From: a virus
Taxonomy: Duplodnaviria; Caudoviricetes
Strand: one strand, 5' to 3'
IMG/VR virus record: IMGVR_UViG_3300042885_000276
Location: 1 to 61,870 of that record
Length of the DNA: 61,870 nt
Part shown: positions 36,042-48,100 of the stretch, piece after piece
How the letters are laid out: each line of letters begins with the position of its first letter
How positions within the stretch are numbered: position 1 is the stretch's first letter
Position numbers and translations under genes: made by a program
The notes under the pieces: model-generated
Told to the model about the DNA's origin: nothing
Databases searched by the model: none
The model's input: the letters and a program-made list of their open reading frames with translations, nothing else

Positions 36042-36932
36042 ATGACATCGCCATCTCTAACCATTTCAATGGCAACCTTCGACGATTTCGATGGAATTTT
36101 TTTCACGAGTCAGGCCATCCGAATCTACCAAGAACTTCCAGAGAACACAGAATTCCTGATTCTCGACAATAATCCCGACAGTGATCATGGGAGGCAGATC
36201 AAGCACTTCGCTAAGGACGTTCCAAATATGCGGGTGGTTGATGTCACTGATCGCCAAAGCAGCTTCGTTAAATATGACGCATTCAGTCTTGCTACTGGCG
36301 ATGTAATCCTTGGCCTTGATTGCCATGTTCTGCTCCAACCTGGATTTATCGCTTCCATGATGGAATACTGGTCACGCAATCCAGACTCCAAAAATATGCT
36401 TACAGGGCCACTGCTATATGACAGTCTAAAAGCCACAAGTGAGCAAATCGACCCCGTGTGGCGAGGTCACGACTTTGGAATTTGGGGCGATAATAAGGAG
36501 GGCTTGAAGTCAGGTGAGCCTTTTGAGATTCCAGCCCAAGGAATGGGATGCTTTTCGTTTATTCGCGCCAACGCTCCTGTAATCAATCAAGGATTCCGAG
36601 GCTTTGGTGGTGAAGAATGGTATATGGCTGAGATGGTTCGTCACAATGGTGGTAAGGTTATCTGCCATCCAAAGATGGGTTGGAATCACCGTTTTAACTG
36701 GCCGAAGCGAACATTCCCACTCACGATTGATGACAAGTTGCACAACTACTACACGGGTTGGCTGGAGATTTACCGCAACATTAATCACCCGATGATGGTA
36801 GAAATGACACAGCATTGGATTTCTGAGCTTGGTGAGGATGTGGTCAAGCTGGCTATTTTCAAAGCCGTTCTTGGTAATGCGTTTACGCTGCCAACAAATC
36901 CGCCAAAATCCCCCTTGCCCATCCAGCCATAA
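36042..36932 (+). CDS. Glycosyltransferase family 2
   Basis: TISMATFD, ILDNNP, LGLDCH (DxD-like), GFGGEE. Confidence 0.85.
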   Translation: MTSPSLTISMATFDDFDGIFFTSQAIRIYQELPENTEFLILDNNPDSDHGRQIKHFAKDVPNMRVVDVTDRQSSFVKYDAFSLATGDVILGLDCHVLLQPGFIASMMEYWSRNPDSKNMLTGPLLYDSLKATSEQIDPVWRGHDFGIWGDNKEGLKSGEPFEIPAQGMGCFSFIRANAPVINQGFRGFGGEEWYMAEMVRHNGGKVICHPKMGWNHRFNWPKRTFPLTIDDKLHNYYTGWLEIYRNINHPMMVEMTQHWISELGEDVVKLAIFKAVLGNAFTLPTNPPKSPLPIQP

Positions 36933-36942
36933 CGGTTAGAAT
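36915..36942 (+). promoter_or_regulatory. Sigma70-like promoter
   Basis: TTGCCC-N16-TAGAAT, 8 nt before ATG 36951. Confidence 0.45.
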
Positions 36943-36950
36943 CGGTGGAG

Positions 36951-37913
36951 ATGTCCACCGGCCTAACAGTTGCGGATGTCAGGTCAATGATTGGCAATGC
37001 CATCTTCCCTGGCAATCCTAATTCAGAGCTTTTCCTACCGATTCTCAATCAGGGAGTCGAGAGGATCATCAACTCTGGTTTGTGGAAGAATATGTACGGC
37101 CAAGTGGATTATCCTTCCACCACTGGCTACATCACTCTTCCGAGGCGCTACGAGTCAATCGTTGGCGTAACTCGCGTCAACTGGCCCACGATGCCATTCT
37201 CGCGCATGCAGGAGTTTATGACTTCTGGCCCTGGCTATATTGACGAGACAACGAGAGATCTTCGCATCATCTTGGATCAAGGTGATGTTTGCACGCAGGA
37301 ATATCAAGCTGACGCTGGATTGATTCGCCTCACTATCGCTGACGCAAACGATGTTGGTCAAGTTGTGCGACTATATGGTCAAGATGCAAACGGCAACACT
37401 ATTTTCGATGCTAACGGTGTAGAGGGTATTGACCTAACGCTCGCTAATCCAACGGCAACCACCGCTGTTCAGATGTTCGTTACTCAAGTAGTCAAGCCTC
37501 TCACCACTGGCAATGTCACGCTGTCAGTCGTTGTTTCTGGCACTCTGACTGAGCTTTCCGTCTATGAGCCTAGTGAAACGAATCCTATTTATCGTCGTTA
37601 CAAGGTTGGCACAATCGAGGCTAGTCCAGACAATAAGCCAGTGCTTCGATGCCTTTGTAAGCGTCGTTTTGTTCGACTCATTCAAGAGACTGATTTAATC
37701 TGGCCTGACAACATTGGTGCGCTGAAATTCGCAATGAAGGCTACTCAATTGGAAGACAGTGGAGGAGCAACAGAGTTTCAACAATCGCAGATTTTCTGGC
37801 AAAAGTGCTACGAAGTTCTCAACCAAGGGCTGAAACAAAACCGAGGAGCCATCCGTCCTAAAATGGCGATGGACTGGTCTTTCTCAGCCGGACAAACTCC
37901 GCAAACTCGATAA
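36951..37913 (+). CDS. Head-tail adaptor / tail tubular protein A-like
   Basis: LTVADVR...LNQGVERI...YITLP...ALKFAM helical-beta-helical layout. Confidence 0.55.
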   Translation: MSTGLTVADVRSMIGNAIFPGNPNSELFLPILNQGVERIINSGLWKNMYGQVDYPSTTGYITLPRRYESIVGVTRVNWPTMPFSRMQEFMTSGPGYIDETTRDLRIILDQGDVCTQEYQADAGLIRLTIADANDVGQVVRLYGQDANGNTIFDANGVEGIDLTLANPTATTAVQMFVTQVVKPLTTGNVTLSVVVSGTLTELSVYEPSETNPIYRRYKVGTIEASPDNKPVLRCLCKRRFVRLIQETDLIWPDNIGALKFAMKATQLEDSGGATEFQQSQIFWQKCYEVLNQGLKQNRGAIRPKMAMDWSFSAGQTPQTR

Positions 37914-37916
37914 ATT

Positions 37917-38510
37917 ATGGGATATCCAAATAGGCAAGATAATATTATGGCCGCCGCATTCGACGGCACCCTAGAAGACAAAATCAATGCCTACAATAAG
38001 GCGGGTCTTGCTTCTGGTTACAGAATGGATTCTGAAGGAAATATCATCGCTCCTTCTGCCAATGCCAAACCAAGCGGACGTCTCATTCCTGGCAGCAGCC
38101 CCGGCTCATACATTTGGAAGCCTTACGATACGCCAAATCAATCACCTTTGGATCAATCCAAAATGCAGTCCAGCGGAATGTCGCAGCCGCAAAAAATGTC
38201 TCAAAGTTCCGTTTTTGGCGCTATGCGGTCAAATAACGCTACACAACGAGAATACCCTAATCAACGCTTGTCAGGCATTGATACCTTTAGGATGAGGCAA
38301 AATCGTCCATCAGCATACAGTCTCAATACAGGACAAGCTGGCCCTGATGCTTTGGCTGAGATGCAGGAGAATTATAATGAGTTGCTTCCACCATCTCTTC
38401 AAAGATCAACTCCAGTTGGACGCTCTCGTCATTCTCCAGCAAGAATAGCTGAACGCGAATTGCGAGCAAAATCTCGCCAGCTTGACCGCATACTTTCACC
38501 ATTCTATTAA
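37917..38510 (+). CDS. Probable internal virion protein
   Basis: Low-complexity 197 aa in the ejection module. Confidence 0.55.
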   Translation: MGYPNRQDNIMAAAFDGTLEDKINAYNKAGLASGYRMDSEGNIIAPSANAKPSGRLIPGSSPGSYIWKPYDTPNQSPLDQSKMQSSGMSQPQKMSQSSVFGAMRSNNATQREYPNQRLSGIDTFRMRQNRPSAYSLNTGQAGPDALAEMQENYNELLPPSLQRSTPVGRSRHSPARIAERELRAKSRQLDRILSPFY

Positions 38511-38513
38511 GCC

Positions 38514-38922
38514 TATGAGGATGCCAAATTACTCTTCTCTACTAAGTGGATATAATACATCGTTGCAGAACGCTACGACGAATTATGGCAATCAACTACA
38601 GAATGCCACAACGAATTATAACAACATGCAGAGAGATGTCATGACTGAGCATGGCAATGCTATGGCTCGCATGCAAGGAGGCATGCACGAGCCTGGTCGT
38701 TACAACATGCTTCATGGTGCTGGTAGCCGTCCTGGTTTGACTGCTGGTGCGCCAATCATGACTAATGTTTCCTTCGGAGGATTCCGTGAAAAAGGCGGGC
38801 CAGTAACTCCAGGTAAGGCTTACATTGTCGGCGAGAAGAAACCGGAGCTTTTTATTCCAGATGAACCTGGGATGATCGTGAATATTTCTCGCAAGTCAGT
38901 TTTCGATGCGATGAAGCGTTAA
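38514..38922 (+). CDS. Probable internal virion protein with GGPV..G..Y.VGE..PELF.P motif
   Basis: LQNATTNY twice; FGGFREKGGPVTPGKAYIVGEKKPELFIPD; start approximate. Confidence 0.6.
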
Positions 38923-38947
38923 ATTAACCAATTACTATCTACTGATT

Positions 38948-39799
38948 ATGAATCAATACAACGATGGACTTGCTGATGCGCGTAGAAACATTGAGCAATA
39001 CAACGCAGTTCGTGTCGGCATGGCTAATATGCTCCTAAATAAGATGGCTCAACCTGAATTTGAATTCGGTGGCTTCCGTGAAAATGGTGGTCCCGTTACT
39101 CCTGGAAAAGTCTATGTAGTTGGAGAGAAGAGGCCGGAATTATTTGTTCCAGATGCGCCTAGAGAGGTCGCTCCAATGTATGAATCTTTAGGCGGAGCAT
39201 CCAGGCTCACTCCAAGGTTCCAGGACATTTTTCTCAATACGAGGCCACGAATCTCAACCGCCGAACAGCTTCTACAGGCTGCTCGTGAAAAGTTGATGAA
39301 CGCTGGTGCTGCCGCTCGAATGAAGATGCGTGAGCAGGAAGAACGGGGCATGCGTTCGTATGTGCCTGCAAATCCAGAAGCGGCGGATTTGGAACTCACG
39401 AAGCGCATGCTAGTAGCTGGAAATCTTCCAATGCCATTAGCCACACCAATGCCAACGCAGCTTCAACAACGTCCAACAGGCGGAGTCATTGCCTCCTACG
39501 GTCCTCAAGAGCGCGTTGTTACCAGTCGATACGGAACCGGAACAGCAACTTCCAATACCAGAAAACCAGCCACCTTTGATGGAAAAACCAAAGCTCAATT
39601 CTTTGGTCAAGCTGCTGCTCGCCAATGGGTGGACAACAAATATGCGCGTGCTGAGAAGACTGGTAAGATTGATCAGAAAACAGGCAAGCCGATCTACACA
39701 AGTAAGCCCATTCCAAAAGGCTCAGACGCAGGCACGGAACGAGTCCTTGAAGCCATGAAAAAAGGTGGAGAAAAGGAAAAGAAGAAAAAAGCCGTTTAA
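38948..39799 (+). CDS. Probable internal virion protein with a second copy of the GGPV motif
   Basis: FGGFRENGGPVTPGKVYVVGEKRPELFVPD. Confidence 0.65.
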   Translation: MNQYNDGLADARRNIEQYNAVRVGMANMLLNKMAQPEFEFGGFRENGGPVTPGKVYVVGEKRPELFVPDAPREVAPMYESLGGASRLTPRFQDIFLNTRPRISTAEQLLQAAREKLMNAGAAARMKMREQEERGMRSYVPANPEAADLELTKRMLVAGNLPMPLATPMPTQLQQRPTGGVIASYGPQERVVTSRYGTGTATSNTRKPATFDGKTKAQFFGQAAARQWVDNKYARAEKTGKIDQKTGKPIYTSKPIPKGSDAGTERVLEAMKKGGEKEKKKKAV

Positions 39800-39802
39800 T
39801 TT

Positions 39803-40594
39803 ATGCCAGTTCAAAGTAAGTATCCAACTAACACTCGTATCTCTCCCAAAGAGATGATGGATGAGCTATCAACGCCCAAGAGGTCTTTGCCAGCCACTCC
39901 ATCTATGGATCAACTTGCAAACATTGCTAAATATGAATACGAAAGACAACGTGGGAATTTTAATCGCCCTGCTCTACTTCCTAATAGCGGCAATTATAGA
40001 CAGGAAGAATTTCTCAATTGGTGGAACAATTTGGTCAAGGATTATCAAATTAAGCAGGAGGCGTTGATGCGCTCTAAAGAAACTCTTGATATGGAGAAAG
40101 AGCTTGGTTTGAGGCCATTGACTTCTATGATGTCTGGAAGTCCATCGTCTGATTTGGATGAAGCAATTATTGGCGCTGAACAAGGCGGAACCGGAATTGG
40201 TCAATTGGCGGCTGGCCTTGGATCAGTAGTTGGAGTTCCAGGTTCAGAAATTCGCAGGAAAATGTACAAAGAGAGGGCTGATGTCATGTCTGATTACAGG
40301 GGCAGGCGCAATCCAGGCATTACCGTTGGAGATATTGCTAATAAAGCCATTGTAATGCTTCCAGAAGTGTATAATCCAGTAAACAAACCAGGGATTACCG
40401 CAAAAAGCGCAAATGCCATTTGGCAAGCAATTCGAGGATACCTTCCAAATAAATCGCTTGAAGACGCTGCTGTTTCAGCTGGTTCCAGTGTTATTGGTGA
40501 GAAAGCAGAAGATTTAGCCACAAAGGGCAAAGGACTTATTGGAAATACAGTTGGCGCTACTTTTGAGGAGGCTTATAACCGTTTATTTAAATAA
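39803..40594 (+). CDS. Hypothetical protein (ejection module)
   Basis: 263-aa ORF. Confidence 0.65.
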   Translation: MPVQSKYPTNTRISPKEMMDELSTPKRSLPATPSMDQLANIAKYEYERQRGNFNRPALLPNSGNYRQEEFLNWWNNLVKDYQIKQEALMRSKETLDMEKELGLRPLTSMMSGSPSSDLDEAIIGAEQGGTGIGQLAAGLGSVVGVPGSEIRRKMYKERADVMSDYRGRRNPGITVGDIANKAIVMLPEVYNPVNKPGITAKSANAIWQAIRGYLPNKSLEDAAVSAGSSVIGEKAEDLATKGKGLIGNTVGATFEEAYNRLFK

Positions 40595-40596
40595 TC

Positions 40597-42114
40597 ATGC
40601 CAGTCATTGACCTTGCCGACTACCTTGGAATGCCTGCTCAGGCACCCGCAGAACCGCTTTTTTACCAAAATCAGCGCGATGCTGCCTATGAGCAAGATGC
40701 GGCAGACTTCAACCGACAAGTTGCGGCACGAGGCGAGCTTCGCAGGCTTCAGCGCCTAGCTCCAGTATTTGAATCCCAAAAAGCTCAACTTGCCTACGAC
40801 GACATCGCGCAAAAAGCCAACGACTTGCGAAAGAAGCAGGAGATTGAGGCGCAGGTTGAACGTGCGGCAAGTGAACTAGCTGGCGGCAATCTAAATCCTG
40901 AGAGCGATGATTTTGCGGTGAAATATCGCGATCTGGCGACTCGCAATCCCTTGGCATTTAGTGATCCTCGATTCAGCACCGTGGCTGGACTGTATGAAAA
41001 TCAATACAAGGGCTATCAGCAGGCGAAGCAGCAGAGGGCGGAAGCTGAAGCAAGGGCTGCTCAAGAAATCATTGACGCCAGAAATCGAGCAATAGCTTTT
41101 GGTGTTCCTCCTGAAAAACTTCCTAGCAATGCGGGCCTGGAGCAAATTGCGATTGAGGAAGGTAAGGTTAAAGTGGCAGGCAAAGGAACTCGTAGTGGTT
41201 CTACCTCCGAAGAAGGACGCAGGTTAAAGAACATTTTGGATGCCAATAAGGATGAACTGGATTATCTCGAAAAACAAATTGATGCTTTCAAATTAGAAGA
41301 TACAGATCAAAAATATCTTGATGTTCAAGATGCTGTAAATAAATCCCGCGCAGAATGGATTGCATTCAATAGAACCGGAGGAGTTCCAGCCGCACCAGCC
41401 GCACCAGCCACTCAGCAGCAGGTAAGTCCATCTGCCGCAGCCGCAAGTTCGGCGCTTACCGGAATGGCATCTGCCGCAACTCCATTCTCGCCAGCAGCAT
41501 TGCCAGCTTCGATATTGGCTAGCGCGTTGCCACAGGCTCAGGCTCCGGTTCAACAGCCAACCGCTCCAAGCGTTCCAGATTTCAACACGCAGCTTGCTAA
41601 TATTCCATACGCTCAACAGCAGCAGTTTATTCAAGTGGCACAAGCTCAAGAGGCTTCCAATAAAGCCATTGCTCCTGCGTGGGAAAATGCCAAGCAAGAT
41701 ATTGGTAGCAAAATTGCCAAAGTGGTTCCAGATAAGGTTTATCCAGGCACATCAGTCAATCAATTGGAGTCTTTTGCCAAAGCCGTCCTCAAACCAAGCG
41801 AAAACATCATCAATAATCCTGAGTATGGAACCATTCCAGCTACTTGGGAAGTTTTGCAAAAAGCTGGCATTCCAATTGGTGAAATGATGAGCAATAGAAC
41901 AGTTTTCAGGGAGCCTGGAGAAAATCGCAGATTGCTTGGATTTTTGGGAACTCAGCAAGTTGGTTATCAGGAGCTTCTTCAAGAATGGGCTAAGGATTTC
42001 TTAAGCAAAAGAGGCTTGGTTCAAACAAATGTTCAGAACAACGCCAATGTTCCGCGTGAAGAGGTTGATAAAGCTGTAAACTTCTTGAACAAGAAAGTTC
42101 CGGTGCCACAGTAG
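40597..42114 (+). CDS. Probable DNA ejection/internal virion protein
   Basis: 505 aa, A/Q-rich helical. Confidence 0.65.
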   Translation: MPVIDLADYLGMPAQAPAEPLFYQNQRDAAYEQDAADFNRQVAARGELRRLQRLAPVFESQKAQLAYDDIAQKANDLRKKQEIEAQVERAASELAGGNLNPESDDFAVKYRDLATRNPLAFSDPRFSTVAGLYENQYKGYQQAKQQRAEAEARAAQEIIDARNRAIAFGVPPEKLPSNAGLEQIAIEEGKVKVAGKGTRSGSTSEEGRRLKNILDANKDELDYLEKQIDAFKLEDTDQKYLDVQDAVNKSRAEWIAFNRTGGVPAAPAAPATQQQVSPSAAAASSALTGMASAATPFSPAALPASILASALPQAQAPVQQPTAPSVPDFNTQLANIPYAQQQQFIQVAQAQEASNKAIAPAWENAKQDIGSKIAKVVPDKVYPGTSVNQLESFAKAVLKPSENIINNPEYGTIPATWEVLQKAGIPIGEMMSNRTVFREPGENRRLLGFLGTQQVGYQELLQEWAKDFLSKRGLVQTNVQNNANVPREEVDKAVNFLNKKVPVPQ

Positions 42115-42117
42115 GTT

Positions 42118-45100
42118 ATGGCTACTTGGCACGAGATTACACGCGATCCAGAATATCAAGAACTTTCCGAACAGGGAAAGGCTTTGGTTAAGCAGGGATT
42201 TTTTGAACGAGAAATATCCTCTGATCCTGAATTTAAAGCGTTCTCGCCACAGACACAAAAGGCTGTTTTTGATGACTTTTGGCAAACTCCAGACGATTCG
42301 GGTCAAGGAATAGTTACCTCCACACTCGGAAGTGCTGCCCGTGGATTCGGTGAAATTGTTCCAGGCACATTGGAAGGTGTTGGCGCTCTGACCGGCATCA
42401 CACCTATCAGCGATCTTGGCGAATCTGCTCGCGAAGGGCTGGAATACATTGCGCCAGTCAATCCAATTTACGAGCAAGGCATTCCTGCCAAAGTGGCAAA
42501 TGTGGCTGGTAATGTGGCTAGCATCATCGGCACAAGCGGCGTTGGTGGACTTGCTGGTAAAGCTCTAGGTGCTGAGCGTGCTGCCGCTGCTGGTTCTGCT
42601 GCTGCTAGGCAAGCTCTCACAAATCAAGCCATTCAAGCTGGTGCTAAATCTGCCCTATACGGCACAGGGTTTGCTCAAGGCGCTGCTGCTAAAGCTGCCG
42701 AAAATGAGCGTCTTGGCATCACTGGCGCTGAAGGGTATTTGAATCTTCTTGGCGGTGGCATATCTGAGCTTGCCCCAGAAATGCTTCCATTCGGCTCTGC
42801 GCTTGAAACGTCTGCCGCCCGTCGCTTGCTTGGAGGAGTTGATGATGCTGCTGGTAGAGTAATTCCAGGTATCCGCATGAGCGCAGCGCAAGAAGCTGCC
42901 GAAGGTGGTTCCACGCAAGTTCTCAGTAATCTCTCAACTCAGCTTACTGCTCCCACTGGCGTTGAAGCTCCAGGTTTGTTTGAGGGCGCTGGTGAAGCTG
43001 CTCTTTGGGAGGGCGTTGGTGGCGCAATGTTTGGCGCGATCAACAAACTTGGCCGAACACCTCCAGAGAGGCAGACTGACATCCAAAAAGCGTTCGTTGC
43101 GGAAGATAATGTGGATGCTGTTGATAAAGTTCCAGATCAGACAGACGACGAAAAGCTCGTCAACATGAACGCTGGCGGCACCACAGTGGTTGATCCACAG
43201 GGGAAAACAGCGGTTATTGCGCCACCAGCGCCAAAGACTCCAAGCCAAGTCATCGCTGAAAATCTGGCAACGGCTGCTGAAAATACATCCAACGATGCCA
43301 GTAAAGCTGTTGCAGCGGCGAGGGCTGTGACGCAACAAGTTACCACAACAAATGAGCCGATCACTCAAGAAGCCTTACCGCCAGAGCCGGAGATTCGACA
43401 GGACATGCAGGAATCACGGCAGTTGCCCTTGGTGCCAGAGCAACCGCTTGCACAAGAACCACAAGCGCCCGTTGAGTTGCCAGTTCCAACTGTTGAGCCT
43501 ACCGTAGAAACGCCAATCCAAAATCCAGCAGAAATTCATCGAAATCGCAATGCAGAATCTGAATCGTATATAGTGAGGGATGCCGAAGGGTTTGCCGACC
43601 GAAAAGCAACCAGGGAGGTGGTTGAGGTGGCTGCTAAAGCTGCGGGAATGACTGTGGATGAATGGGCGGCAGATCAGGCAGCCAAAAACATCAAGGCTAA
43701 TAAAGATTTCTTCGATGCCCTGAACGATGGGGACACTTTGGAGTGGATCGACAACAACGGGAGAAAAGGAACTGGACGCGTAGAAATCGGATTGGATGGA
43801 GAGAAAACGGTGCGCAATACCACCGAAGGTTCTCCCTCAGAAGACTACCAGTACACAAATCGGTCTGGCATTTTCGCCCAAGTTGCGGATTCCTTGAAGA
43901 TCACACCCAAAAGAAAAGAAGCCGCCCCCGCAACCGAAGCCCCCGCCCCCACTGCCGAAACTCTTGGTGTCACAGCGCCACCGGCCCCGACGCTGGAAAC
44001 CCCCGAAGGCGCGGCACGCAACGCCGACATGCTCCGTCAAGCCCAAGCCCGTTTGGCTGGCACCGAGCAAGGCCCGCGCATCGGCTTTCTCCAACCTTCA
44101 GAAGTTGCTCCCGCAACCGAAGCCCCACCAATCACTCCTACCAAGGAGACGCCGACGCCCGCTACCGAAGGCACGGTCATGCCGGGAGGCAGCGCCATGG
44201 AGCGGGATGTGACTAAGCCGGAGCAGATGACGCCGGAGGAACACTTGAACGCTTGGAATCAATTAAACATTGATGCTCAAAAAGCGAGGGAAAAGGCAAA
44301 CGCTGCTAAAGCGAAATTGCTTCCTAAAAATCCTGCGTCGCAAATTAGGCAAATGGAGAAAAACGCCAAACTAGAGCAAGAAGCAATTACTCTAGAAAAT
44401 TTGAGAGATGAATTTCCTCCAACTCCTAGTTTTGCAATTGAGAATGCGGTAAAAGAAGGAAAGCCATTCTCGGTAGATCTCCATAAAGCATCAGGATATG
44501 CCTATATTCCCTCTGGCTACACCCGCCAAGGCGACCTCTACGTATTCCAACCGGGGGTAACTGGCGAATTAGTTCAGGTAGCGCCTTCTGCTGCACAGGC
44601 CGTGACGAAGCCAGCTACAGTCAAATCTACAGAGTTGCGAGTTGGTGATGAAGTGTCGTTCAAGGGAAATACATACCGTGTAAAGAGCAAGTTACTTGAT
44701 GGCAGAGTTCGAGCCGAGTTCACAAATCCAGAAGGCATCGCCAAACTTCCAGCGGGTTCTGTTAACATCACAACCCTACCTCGTAACGTCAATCTCACAC
44801 GCATTGAAAAACCATCTCCCCAAACCACAACGGTAGCCACACCAACAGAAACCGCCGCTCCCTTGGCTAAGGAAGCGGCGGTAGCCAGTGTTGTTCAACA
44901 ACCAGCAGAGGGGTCGATCCCTGCTGTTGAGCAAGAATCTGCTATAACTCCCATAGAGTCAAATGAAAAAGCGGACATTGCAGATGCCGCAATGGCATTC
45001 TTGGAAGAGGATTTGACCGAGAGCAAAAGGCAATGGAGTCCAGAAAAGATCGCTGCTGCAAAAGCCTACTTCGCTAGCGGTGGCAAAGACATGGATGTGC

Positions 45101-48100
45101 TTCGTGCTGCATTTCCCAAACTCGTTGGCTCTCGTCCGATTGTTCAAGCCTATCTCAAGGCTGATAAGGAAGCGTCAGAAGCTCAAGCTAAGCGTGATGC
45201 AGCCGATGCTAAGCTCGCCAAAGAAATCGAGCGTGACGAGAAGGAGCAAGCCAAAGCAGAAGAGGCACAAAGGAAACGTGAAGAGCTAAACATTAAGACG
45301 CTCAACTCGCTCATTCAGAAAACGCGCACGAACGTCGTTCAAGGCACCGTCAAGCCAACCGATGCCAATCAAGCTGTCGCGATTCTCAACAGTTCAGGCG
45401 AGATTCCAAATGTGCTATTCACCTGGATTGGCACCTCAAAGGACTTCCTTGCTGATCCTGCGAATCGCGTTCGTTATCCTGAGACTTGGAAAGCCATCAG
45501 TAGTAATCCGAACATTGAGGGAGCGTCTGATAATGGACAGCCGATTGTCTTCACGGACAACATTGGCGTATCCGATCTTGACCGTAAGCTAGCCAATCTT
45601 CAAGGCACTACGCCAGAAGTGGCGGCAGTTCGTCGCGTCATCCTTCATGAGAACATCCATAAAGGCATATTCTTCTTATCAAAGAAGGAGAAGATGCAGA
45701 TCTTCTCGTTATTGCGCCGGATGTACTCTCCAGAGGAGCTTGATTCGCTTGCTAAGTCCTATAGCAAATACTCTGACTGGCGCACGAATCGAGATAACTA
45801 TTTCAGCTTATTAGAAGAAGCGATGATTCGTGACTTCGACTCAATGGCGGAAATTCCGCGTGATGGCATTTGGGCAGAGTTCATGCAATTTCTGCGTGGC
45901 ATCTGGCAGAAGATCACTGGCAAGACGAGCGAGCCTACGCTAAAGGACTACAAGGATGTTTTCCGCTTGATTCGCAATAGCCTGAAGAACTCGGAGAAGG
46001 CTAATGCTGACATGCTGGTGAATGGTGGTGGCGTGCGGATTGGCATTGCATCCAAAGTCGAATACGATTCCCCAAACGATGCCGCATTCAACAGTGGCGC
46101 TGAAGTAGCTCGCAACACTGATTACGACGAACGCGACAAGGAAGTGCGTTCTACTATTCGTGCAGCATACGATATTGCTCCGAAGACAAATGGCCCATCG
46201 GTGCCGCTAGACGAGCTTTTCAGCATCGTGCAGCAGTCGATGCCTGATCTGACGGAAACCGAGTTCAGCCGTATCTTGCAAGGGCTGTATGAGGACAGTG
46301 GGGCACTGTTGATTGAAGGTGAGGTTGCTCCATCCTATACTTCAGAAGAAGAGGCTAGACATGCCGAACTTGAGGCCAAGTTCAACGCTGGCACCATCAC
46401 GCCAGAAGATACGGCAGAGGCGCAGGCTTTGGTGGATGAACGGGCGAAGGCGGCGGGGTATGATGGCGGTATAGTGTGGCATGGAGATCGTAATGAGGAG
46501 TTTGTAGATAATTACTCTCCATTTACCGAGCCTAAGATTCCATTTTTTACAACACCATCAAAAAAATCCGCTAGTTGGTATGGAAATCCTCGCTCATATT
46601 ACAGCAAAAAAAGTAAAGTTGCTGGAATATCTGATATTTTCAATGCGGCTAACGCGCTTGGTATTACCAAAGATAAATCCGATCCATATTATGAATTTTG
46701 GCCTGAAATAAAAAAATATTCAGAATACGATGGGGTTAACGATAATGATCTTGTTTATGTTCCGTCTATCCGAGAAGAGTTGGTAAAACGTGGATTCACA
46801 AGAGTCCGAGTTTTGGATCAGTTAGAGAATCAAGAAATAACTGCTGATATTTTTATTGATTCACCCTCTCAAATCAAATCCGCAGACCCATTCACAGGAG
46901 TCCCACTCAACCAGCGTTTCGATACTGGTAACGATATTCGCGGCAACATCAACACCTTCACCACCGAAGGCGAACGCGCTGGATCTGTCATCGTTATGCC
47001 ACCGTCTGGATTCCAGACAAGAGCGATGGCGTCAATGATTGATCCTAAAGACGCTGCAACCAAACAGTTCGCGAAGAATATTAAGGACATCAACAGTGGC
47101 ACAGCTAAGGCTGCATTCGACGGCGTGCAGTTTGTTGACTTCGAGCCAGTTGATCACATTGTTAAGCCAAACAAGTCATACGAAAAGATAGCCATTGACT
47201 ATGTAGATGGACTTCTTGGTGAGGGTAAATCCATTGAGGATATTGCCACATCTATTATGACTCCTATGTTCTTCGATAGCATTGGTATCAGCAATGATGT
47301 CAAGGCTCGTCAGGCTCTCACATCAGAAGTTCTTCGTCGCGTCACCGATCTAAACGGCCTATCTAATACTCGTCTAGCATCCAAGCGATTACAGAAGTTG
47401 GAAGACTTAATCAGTGCATTCTGGCAAGGTCTTGGAACTGAGAGCGGTGGAAACCAAGGCCAGCGTGCTTTCATTATCGGAAGCCCTCGTTATTCATGGA
47501 TGTTTTTGAAGGACTCCGTGAAGAAGGAGATGAAGGAACGCCGAAACAACATTCTCACTGTTCAGTTTGGCAATAATAACGCTACCAGCTTCACTCAGAA
47601 CTCGTATGAGAATGCGGATAAGGCTTCCACCATGTCTGCGGATGAGATTGCCAGTGACATTGAAGACTTCAAGATTGATCAAGATTTGCTCGATGGAGAG
47701 GCAACACTAACTGGCAAACTTGCGAAGATGTATGAAGAGTTGAAGGACTTACTTCGTGAGAATGGAATCTTGGCTCGACTTGACGCTCAAGAAAACATCA
47801 CGGCAAAAGCATCTATTTCACCAGCGCGGAGAGAGGAACTTGCTGCTTTGAGCAAGGATGAGCGTGCAAAATTGCGCGACAAAAACAATAAGCGCATTGA
47901 GCAAATCCTGAACACTCTACTTGGAAAAGAAGAGGATGCCGATACGACAGAGAAAAAGACCGTGCGTAAGAAGCGTGAGAAGATGGTCGATGCTGTGAAG
48001 AAGCGCGTTGAGCAGGGTAAACCTATTGAGCCTACTGACTACGTTCCAATCATCACCGAGAATCCACAACGCGATGAGATTATTGATGATGTTTCTAATG

